Below, piece by piece: positions 26,219 to 32,000 of a DNA stretch of 32,000 nt (its first letter is position 1; every line of letters starts with the position of its first letter). Source of the DNA: Thermodesulfobacteriota bacterium (lineage in GTDB: Bacteria > Desulfobacterota > WTBG01 > JAGOGO01). Under the pieces are notes generated by a model. It ran no database searches. It was not told where the DNA came from and saw nothing but the letters and a program-made list of their open reading frames with translations. The stretch covers positions 645,622 through 677,621 of the forward strand of contig CP113000.1 in NCBI GenBank assembly GCA_026625185.1. Direction: 5' to 3'. The translations under genes and the position numbers were made by a program.

Positions 26219-27064
26219 TTACTGCGGGTCTTTTTTGAGAAAATCGTTAATTTGGATTACCTTGTCATGAAAGGATGATTCTTTTTTAAGGTGGCAGCCT
26301 TTTTCGATTCTTTCGATATATTTTGATAGCTCCGGATTTTTTTGGATAATCAGGTCTATTTGTTTTAATAACTCTTCAGCATTGAGCTTTATTTCGCTCA
26401 GGTCCAAGTCAAAACCAACTATTTTTTTTAAACACTCAAGGATCTGGCAGGTAATGGGGAAGTTATTGTTGGTAAGATATTGCGGGACATGGCCCCAGAT
26501 ATTTATTCCCTTGATTCCGATTTCCTCCGCTTCCTTGAGAAGAAATGTATGGATGCTTACCGGCCCTTCATATTGCCCGTTTTTTATTCCTGAAGCAACC
26601 ACTTTGTCTTTCAGAACATTATCGGTAAACACTCCTGATATCCAGGGGTTTTGTTTGTGGGTGACATAATCGTACGTTCCTCCTATGGTAATAAGCATTG
26701 CAACCTCAAAATCGGTTGCTAATTTGAGGAAAGATCGGGTAAACTGTTTCCATCGAAGCTGTGGTTCTTTACCGAGGAAAAGAATCAGATCCGGGAAACC
26801 GGCGCTCTTTTTATAAAAGAATTCATACGGAGAGAAAAGAAGGTACTTTACTTCACCGCCATCAATTTTGGCATACGGACGGTTATTGGAATATTTATGA
26901 AAAAGATCTGGATTTACCTCAGCAAACTTTTTTACTCCCAGCCCCTTTTTTAAAAAAGTTAATACATCAGATGAAATACAGCCCGCATTGGGCCATCCCT
27001 CAAATCCGGCAATAAGGATGGGGTGATTTAAATTCGGCTTTTTAGAAAAATTGATGAATCTCAT
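26219..27064 (-). CDS. PAC2 (proteasome assembly chaperone 2-like) family protein
   Basis: 281 aa. HPILIAGFEGWPNAGCISS near the N-terminus and the overall length and layout are typical of bacterial and archaeal PAC2-family proteins. Confidence 0.7.
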   Translation of the reverse strand: MRFINFSKKPNLNHPILIAGFEGWPNAGCISSDVLTFLKKGLGVKKFAEVNPDLFHKYSNNRPYAKIDGGEVKYLLFSPYEFFYKKSAGFPDLILFLGKEPQLRWKQFTRSFLKLATDFEVAMLITIGGTYDYVTHKQNPWISGVFTDNVLKDKVVASGIKNGQYEGPVSIHTFLLKEAEEIGIKGINIWGHVPQYLTNNNFPITCQILECLKKIVGFDLDLSEIKLNAEELLKQIDLIIQKNPELSKYIERIEKGCHLKKESSFHDKVIQINDFLKKDPQ

Positions 27065-27177
27065 GTCTAAAGTATACTACATAGTCTTGGTGAGTCAATT
27101 TTTTCATTTTTTACCATGCTTCCAAGGGGAAGTGTGAGACATCATGGTTATTTTTTCTATTATGTCGGGCAGTTGAT

Positions 27178-28149
27178 ATGAAGCGCGTTGTTTTAGCGGC
27201 TGATCTTGGGGGAACCAATATCCGCGTTGCTGCCATTGATGAACAGGGCACGATTGAGAAACGGCTTCAAAGGCCGACGCACGCGCATGAAGGCGAGGCA
27301 TCGGTTTTGCGAAGCCTCTTTTACGCTCTGGGAGAAGTTTACCAGGCTTTCCCCGAAAACCGGATAAAAGGGGTGGGGGTGGGCATCGCGGGAGCGATTG
27401 ATATTGAAAAGGGTATTGTCACCCAGTCCCCAAACTTAGTGGAATTTGACGGCTACCCCCTCAGAGATAAACTGCAAGCATCTTTTCTTAAACACCTTGC
27501 TATTCTGGTGGACAATGACGCTAATCTCGCGGCCATGGGTGAAAAGTGGAAGGGAGCTGGTGTGGGTGTCAACGACTTAATCTGCCTCACGCTCGGCACG
27601 GGTATCGGCGGCGGCATCATCATCCGGGGCAACCTGGTACATGGCACTGATGGTATGGCGGGTGAGGTTGGTCATGTCACCGTTGATCCGCAAGGCCCGC
27701 CGTGTAACTGCGGCAATCGCGGCTGTTTAGAAGCTTTGGCGTCGGCAACCGCGATCAAACGAGAAGCGATCGAAGCGCTTTTCACGCATCCGGAAAGCGA
27801 GTTACATCAACGGTGTCGCCACAATCCGGAAACCATTACCGCTGAGCTGGTCTATCAGTCAGCCCAAGCCGGAGATCAGATATGCCGAAAAATTTTTCAG
27901 GACATGGGCCGATACCTCGGTATTGGTATTGCCGGCCTGGTCAACATTTTTAATCCGGAGATGGTTGTTCTTGGCGGAAAAGTAAGTAAATCCTGGGATA
28001 TGTTTTTTTCGTTTACCCAAGAAGAAGTACACCAGCGGGCGCTTAAGATTCCAGGGACGCGGGTAAAAATAGTGCCGGCAGTCTGCGGCGATGATGCCGG
28101 ATTGCTGGGCGCGGCGTATTTAGTTTTTCATCAGAAAAAGCTTTCTTAA
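27178..28149 (+). CDS. ROK-family sugar kinase (glucokinase-like)
   Basis: 323 aa. N-terminal ATP motif LAADLGGTNIRVA, DNDANLAA, GTGIGGGII, and the ROK zinc motif GHVTVDPQGPPCNCGNRGCLE. Confidence 0.88.
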   Translation: MKRVVLAADLGGTNIRVAAIDEQGTIEKRLQRPTHAHEGEASVLRSLFYALGEVYQAFPENRIKGVGVGIAGAIDIEKGIVTQSPNLVEFDGYPLRDKLQASFLKHLAILVDNDANLAAMGEKWKGAGVGVNDLICLTLGTGIGGGIIIRGNLVHGTDGMAGEVGHVTVDPQGPPCNCGNRGCLEALASATAIKREAIEALFTHPESELHQRCRHNPETITAELVYQSAQAGDQICRKIFQDMGRYLGIGIAGLVNIFNPEMVVLGGKVSKSWDMFFSFTQEEVHQRALKIPGTRVKIVPAVCGDDAGLLGAAYLVFHQKKLS

Positions 28150-28183
28150 TATTTTAATACTGAACCGGAAAGGGGATTAAAAT

Positions 28184-28897
28184 TTGGAAAAGCAGATTCG
28201 AATAGCAGCTAAAGATCTCGGGCAGCTTGTGCTGCCGGACTTCTGTCCGCGATGTTTTTGGCTCAAGCTCCGGCTTAGGAATCAACTCCCCTTTCAAATT
28301 TTTCCCGGTATCTTCAGCTCGATCGATTCTTACAACAAACGTATCGTTCACACGTGGTTTGACAAATATCATAAACCCCCGGTTTGGATGAGCGGGCTGG
28401 GAGACATAATCGGCTACCGCGAGCCGCCTCATCACTCAAAATTTTATCTTAACGACCCATCAACCGGTGTTCTCTTAACCGGCAGTCCTGACGGGATTTT
28501 TATCCGGGGTGATGGCTCCCACCTTATCGTTGACTATAAAACCGCACGCTACACCGGTACCCAGGACCAGCTTTACCCGATGTATGAGGTGCAGTTAAAC
28601 GCCTATACGCTGATCGGAGAAAGCCTTAACCTCAAGCCGGTTTCCGGCCTGGCCTTAATTTACATGGAACCCATAACCGACAGTCTTTCCGCTGCCCAGG
28701 ATGAAAATCACCGTGACTATGGTTTCTCGATGGGATTTAGCGCCCACATACTGGAAGTAAAGCTTGACCTCATGATGCTTTCTCCTCTGCTTGCAAGAAC
28801 AAGAGATATTTATACTTTGGAAAAAAGTCCGGAAGGTTTGCCAGGATGTAGTGACTGCCGAGCGCTTCAAGAAATTTTTAGACTTGTTTCCCGGTGA
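28184..28897 (+). CDS. PD-(D/E)XK nuclease, Cas4/RecB-like
   Basis: 237 aa. N-terminal CPRCFWL (Cas4-like CPRxxW/Y), GSPDG (motif II Asp), IVDYKT (D/ExK), QLNAY, and C-terminal CSDC. TTG start with GGGGA upstream. Confidence 0.7.
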   Translation: MEKQIRIAAKDLGQLVLPDFCPRCFWLKLRLRNQLPFQIFPGIFSSIDSYNKRIVHTWFDKYHKPPVWMSGLGDIIGYREPPHHSKFYLNDPSTGVLLTGSPDGIFIRGDGSHLIVDYKTARYTGTQDQLYPMYEVQLNAYTLIGESLNLKPVSGLALIYMEPITDSLSAAQDENHRDYGFSMGFSAHILEVKLDLMMLSPLLARTRDIYTLEKSPEGLPGCSDCRALQEIFRLVSR

Positions 28898-28931
28898 GCT
28901 CCATATCTGGCTAATTCCCCTTTTGAAAGAA

Positions 28932-28988
28932 TTTCCTCTCCCCACTGGTGAGAGGATAAAGGTGAGGGGTGACACCGACATTAAGTAT
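28932..28988. repeat. Composite intergenic repeat, copy 0 (A module only)
   Basis: CCTCTCCCCACTGGTGAGAGGATAAAGGTGAGGGGTGACACCGACATTAAG matches 31517-31567 with 3 substitutions. It contains the hairpin CCTCTC..GAGAGG. Confidence 0.75.
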
Positions 28989-29082
28989 TAACCCCCTTAC
29001 AACTTACAACTAAAAACATAGCCCGTAAAACTTATTATCCCCTACCACTGTGGTTTTTTCTTCCATTTTTTTTTAAATTCGC

Positions 29083-29088
29083 TATAAT
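29083..29088 (+). promoter_or_regulatory. Consensus -10 box (TATAAT) upstream of the guaA-B-like gene
   Basis: gcTATAATtc lies 38 nt upstream of the ATG at 29126, preceded by a T-rich tract. GGAGGAG (29114-29120) lies 5 nt before the ATG. The -35 element is weak (CTTCCA at 17-nt spacing). Confidence 0.4.
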
Positions 29089-29125
29089 TCAAAAAATAAT
29101 TTTATTTAACCTTGGAGGAGACGAC

Positions 29126-30094
29126 ATGAGGAAAATGAAAGAAATTAAAGCCGGCACAATGAATGTGAGAAAATTTATGGAAGATAAGGTGCACGATATC
29201 CGTGAAGCCGTTGGTGACGGGCTTGCCATCAACGCGCTCTCGGGAGGCGTTGATTCATCGGTGGTTACCTCGCTGGGGCACCTGGCGCTGGGCAAAAGGC
29301 TGAAAACATATTTCATTGACAACGGCATCATGCGGGAAAACGAGCCTAAGCAAGTGGCGGCGGCTTTTAAAAAGATCGGCATTCCGGTGGAAGTAGTGGA
29401 CGCGTCCAAAGCTTTTTTCTCCGCGCTCAAAGGCCTCACCGACCCGGAAGAAAAAAGAGAAGCCATTACCCAGACATTCTATAAAAAGATATTCGGCAAA
29501 CTGGTGGTTAAAAGCAAGGCTAAATATCTCCTGCAGGGAACTATTCTGACCGATGTGGATGAAACCGTCGCGGGAATCAAAAGGCAGCACAATGTGTTTG
29601 AACAGTTCGGCATTGATCCGCAAAAAGCCTTTGGCTATAAAATTCTGGAGCCGCTCATTGAACTGCGCAAGGACGGCGTGCGCAAAGTCGGTCATGCCTT
29701 GGGTTTGCCGGAGAGTATGTTCGGCCGGATACCATTTCCCGGACCGGCGCTGGCCGCCCGCGTAATCGGCGAAGTCACGCCCGCCAAGATCGCTCTGGTT
29801 AAGAAAGCGACCGCCATTACCGAAGCGGCCCTCAAAGATGTCAAGGCGTTTCAGTATCTGGCTATTTTGCATGAAGACCGCGTTACCGGCATGCGCAACA
29901 ATAAAAGGGTATTCGGCAATCAGATTGAAATCCGCTGCTGGGACAGCCTGGACGCGCGAACCGCCACGCCGACCCGGCTTCCTTTTGATGTCCTGGAAGG
30001 CATCGCCGCCAAAATCACCAAAACAATTCCGGAAGTGGTAAGCGTCACCTACAACATCACCACCAAACCGACCTCAACGATTGAAGCGATTTAA
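29126..30094 (+). CDS. Stand-alone GMP synthase ATP-pyrophosphatase subunit-like protein (GuaA subunit B-like PP-loop ATPase)
   Basis: 322 aa, collinear with the C-terminal two-thirds of GuaA. It has the PP-loop NALSGGVDSS, DPEEKR, LLQGTI, EPLIELRKDGVR, PFPGPALAARV and the C-terminal YNITTKPTSTIEAI (compare DISxKPPATIEWE). No glutamine amidotransferase domain or gene is adjacent. Confidence 0.8.
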   Translation: MRKMKEIKAGTMNVRKFMEDKVHDIREAVGDGLAINALSGGVDSSVVTSLGHLALGKRLKTYFIDNGIMRENEPKQVAAAFKKIGIPVEVVDASKAFFSALKGLTDPEEKREAITQTFYKKIFGKLVVKSKAKYLLQGTILTDVDETVAGIKRQHNVFEQFGIDPQKAFGYKILEPLIELRKDGVRKVGHALGLPESMFGRIPFPGPALAARVIGEVTPAKIALVKKATAITEAALKDVKAFQYLAILHEDRVTGMRNNKRVFGNQIEIRCWDSLDARTATPTRLPFDVLEGIAAKITKTIPEVVSVTYNITTKPTSTIEAI

Positions 30095-30121
30095 AACTGA
30101 AATTTAAAATATTCTCATCTT

Positions 30122-30284
30122 GAGAGGGGTTTCACGGACATTAAGGATTATGGGTTAAGTGAAAAGGGATTAAGTAAATCAGTGAATACGTAGGGGCACG
30201 TTGCAACGTGCCCTTTTTTTCTTTGAATTTTACGGTCTGTATTACTTAATTTGTCAAGGGGAAAGATTGGACCCTCTATCTTCT
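30122..30284. repeat. Composite intergenic repeat, copy 1 (degenerate A module plus B module)
   Basis: 30152-30220 matches 31567-31635 at 66 of 69 positions. 30249-30284 matches 31639-31674 at 32 of 36. The A part is reduced to GAGAGGGGTTTCACGGACATTAAG. Copy-specific insertions are GATTATG and about 25 nt at 30221-30248. Confidence 0.8.
30193..30220 (+). terminator. Rho-independent terminator-like hairpin inside repeat copy 1
   Basis: GGGCACGT-TGCA-ACGTGCCC followed by T7, about 100 nt downstream of the guaA-B-like stop codon and between convergent genes. Confidence 0.65.
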
Positions 30285-31439
30285 CTAATCACTACTTATC
30301 CTGTTTAAATCTGACAATGGAATAACCGTCACATTGCGACCCAAAGGATAAGACTCCTTGCCGGGGTAAAGAATCCATAGATGCTTTATTGATAAGTCTT
30401 GTAATACCGCATTCATTGATCTGGTAACGGTTGGGGCCTGCGCGTATTTTACTCCGACGCCGTAAAGGCCGCCTTTTTTTTGGAACACCAGATCAATCTC
30501 AGCAGCAGCGTGCACCCCCCAGAAAAAAGCTTCGTCTTCTGTTAAGCGGGCGGTTTTAATCGCCTCTTCTAACGCAAAGCCTTCCCAGGAGGCGCCAAGT
30601 TTAGGATGCAAAAGGATATCTTTTTTCCCCTCCAAAGTAAACAGGGCGTGCAAGATACCGGAGTCGCGAAAATAAATCTTTGGCCTTTTGATGATTCTTT
30701 TTTTGGTATTATAAAACCAGGGACGCAACTGACGGACCATGAAGGTTCCGGAAAGCAGATCAAGATACCTTTGCGCAGTGTGGTCAGATATACCCAGACT
30801 TTTGCCTATTTCTGAGGCATTGAATATTTGGCCGTGATAATGCGCAAGCATTCTCCAAAAACGGCCTAATGATCTGGCAGGTATATTAATTCCCAATTGC
30901 GGAATATCCCGTTCTAAAAAAGTTGCAATAAAGTCCTGGCGCCATTGATAGGAAGCCGCTTCGCTTGAGGAGAGAAAGGATCTGGGGAAGGTTCCCCGGA
31001 TCCATAGTTTTTCCGCTTTTTCGGGGCCCAGTAACGAAAGGGAAAACCCGCCGATTTCCGCGTAACTGATCCGGCCGGCAAGCGATTCGGAAGACTGCCT
31101 GATTAAGTCCCGGGAGGCGCTTCCCAGAATCAGATATTTTACCTTTTTCTGGCGGTCGGCCAGAACACGGAGCACCGGAAAAAGATCGGGTGATCGTTGG
31201 ATTTCGTCGATGATAACGAGACCATCAACGTTTCCCAAGGCCAGCAAAGGTTCCTGCAGCCGCTGGGTGTCGCGGGGACTTTCAAGGTCAAAAACAGTGA
31301 CCTGTTTCGGCCATTGCGAAGAAAACTGACGGGCAAGGGTGGTTTTACCGCATTGTCGCGGCCCCAAGATCGCAACAATCGGGTTATTTCTGAGGAGGCG
31401 GTTTAATAGCGCAATCTCTGCGGTTCTTTGTATCTGCAT
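30285..31439 (-). CDS. AAA+ ATPase with C-terminal DUF4143-type domain (AAA_14/DUF4143 family)
   Basis: 384 aa. Walker A ILGPRQCGKTTL, Walker B LVIIDEIQ, and a wHTH-like middle region (IGKSLGISDHTAQRYLDLL). The C-terminal WEGFALEE...EIDLV is consistent with the restriction-endonuclease-like DUF4143 region. Confidence 0.85.
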   Translation of the reverse strand: MQIQRTAEIALLNRLLRNNPIVAILGPRQCGKTTLARQFSSQWPKQVTVFDLESPRDTQRLQEPLLALGNVDGLVIIDEIQRSPDLFPVLRVLADRQKKVKYLILGSASRDLIRQSSESLAGRISYAEIGGFSLSLLGPEKAEKLWIRGTFPRSFLSSSEAASYQWRQDFIATFLERDIPQLGINIPARSLGRFWRMLAHYHGQIFNASEIGKSLGISDHTAQRYLDLLSGTFMVRQLRPWFYNTKKRIIKRPKIYFRDSGILHALFTLEGKKDILLHPKLGASWEGFALEEAIKTARLTEDEAFFWGVHAAAEIDLVFQKKGGLYGVGVKYAQAPTVTRSMNAVLQDLSIKHLWILYPGKESYPLGRNVTVIPLSDLNRISSD

Positions 31440-31445
31440 GACAAG

Positions 31446-31473
31446 AGCATATCATGAAATTTCGATATGTCAA
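31446..31473 (-). promoter_or_regulatory. Candidate promoter giving a leaderless or near-leaderless mRNA for the AAA+ ATPase
   Basis: On the minus strand: TTGACA (31473-31468), a 16-nt spacer ending in TGa, then TATGCT (31451-31446). The ATG (31439) starts 7 nt after the -10 box and no Shine-Dalgarno sequence is present. An imperfect 12-bp inverted repeat (ATGAAATTTCGA / TCGAATTTTCAT, 31454-31486) overlaps the promoter. Confidence 0.35.
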
Positions 31474-31513
31474 GTCGAATTTTCATAATCCAAGGCCGGG
31501 CATTATTCTTTTA

Positions 31514-31676
31514 TCTCCTCTCCCCGCTGGGGAGAGGATAAAGGTGAGGGGTGACACGGACATTAAGGGTTAAGTGAAAAGGGATTAAGTAAATCAGTGA
31601 ATACGTGGGGGCGCGTTGCAACGCGCCCTTTTTTTGTTCATTTGTCAAGAGGAAAGATTTGACCCTCCATCTTCGA
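31514..31676. repeat. Composite intergenic repeat, copy 2 (complete A plus B modules)
   Basis: The A module has the hairpin CCTCTCCCC-GCT-GGGGAGAGG followed by ATAAAGGTGAGGGGTGACACGGACATTAAG. The B module has GGTTAAGTGAAAAGGGATTAAGTAAATCAGTGAATACGT, the palindrome GGGCGCGTTGCAACGCGCCC followed by T7 (31607-31635), and then TTTGTCAAGAGGAAAGATTTGACCCTCCATCTTC. Confidence 0.8.
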
Positions 31677-31847
31677 GTCCTGCGCCCAATCAGGCACCTC
31701 TCGGTATCGGTAATCACGAGGCACAAATGGAAGAACTTTCATCATATTCCAGCGCTCTCATCCTTTATAGTGATCCGCAAAACCTCACTGCTAAGAATGT
31801 TATAATGTTATGGACGTCCCCCATGTTTCTTCTGGTTGATGGTGAAT

Positions 31848-32000
31848 TCAAATTGCAAGTGCACCACGAGCTGCATTCCAGAACACTTCATAGGGTGTCC
31901 GGTAGTTGAGAGATTTTCTTGGCCGATTATTAAGCCTTTTAACAGCACGAGAAATATCACGTTCGGTAATTTTTCTCATGTAAGTTCCTTTCGGAAAATA
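31848..32000 (-). mobile_element. IS30-family transposase gene, C-terminal 50 codons; the element continues past the window end
   Basis: The minus-strand translation YFPKGTYMRKITERDISRAVKRLNNRPRKSLNYRTPYEVFWNAARGALAI* carries the IS30 hallmark (Y)FPKG...LNxRPRKxLxxxTPxEVF. The stop is TGA at 31850-31848. This ORF is not in the supplied ORF track because it is truncated by the window edge. Confidence 0.8.

Noticed and set aside
27065-27177. The hairpin-like ACCATG...CTTCCAAGGGGAAG...CATGGT in the PAC2/ROK divergent region, considered as a regulatory element
   Set aside because: The stems are short (5-6 bp) and the interior is asymmetric. This is within chance expectation, and no second copy or recognisable motif exists.
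28791-28991. ORF 28791..28991 (+), and likewise 31511..31726 (-), encoding ...PLPTGERIKVRGDTD-type peptides
   Set aside because: These reading frames run through the intergenic repeat or overlap the nuclease gene out of frame. The peptide motif is a translation artefact of the A-module hairpin.
28932-31676. The three repeat copies considered as a CRISPR array
   Set aside because: There are only three copies. They have unequal length and content (57, 163 and 163 nt), spacers of 1.1-1.4 kb that contain whole genes, and no cas genes. This is not CRISPR architecture.
30152-31676. The repeats considered as integron attC sites separating gene cassettes
   Set aside because: GTTAAGT in the B module fits the GTTRRRY core. 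However, there is no matching inverse core (RYYYAAC) in the conserved part, no intI gene or attI in the window, and the enclosed genes have opposite orientations and their own promoters.

Overview
This is a low-G+C bacterial chromosomal window, probably from an uncultivated lineage. The gene order rpmA-obg-proB-proA-nadD-rsfS resembles that of delta-proteobacteria and Nitrospirae-like genomes. Positions 1-18.1 kb are mostly housekeeping backbone: ribF, tRNA-Leu(CAG), rpmA-obg-proB-proA-nadD-rsfS-comF-polyprenyl synthase, a decayed PAP2 phosphatase gene, an opgG / small tail-anchored ORF / opgH operon, a diverged argG/argH-like pair, and rsmB. Positions 18.2-20.4 kb look G+C-richer by eye and hold a tautomerase, a YcgL-like gene broken by two in-frame TAA codons, and an S58/DmpA peptidase. 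Positions 20.6-25 kb carry a hypothetical gene, rsmE, tatA, and an SDR / SCP-x-type thiolase / DUF35 operon that has a TGAATGA-N4-TCATTC palindrome in its upstream region. Positions 25.2-28.1 kb carry two tandem orphan ACT-domain proteins, a PAC2-family protein and a ROK kinase. The most unusual part is 28.2-32 kb. A Cas4-like PD-(D/E)XK nuclease, a stand-alone GMP-synthase subunit-B-like PP-loop ATPase and an AAA+/DUF4143 ATPase are each separated by copies of one composite intergenic repeat, and the window ends inside an IS30-family transposase gene. The repeat consists of a hairpin with a GGTGAGGGGTGACAC core, followed by TTAAG repeats and a palindromic terminator-like hairpin that shows a compensatory base-pair change between copies. 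I found no rRNA genes and no CRISPR array. All functional calls rest on motifs I recognised in the supplied translations. No database search was run, and the composition statements are not computed.
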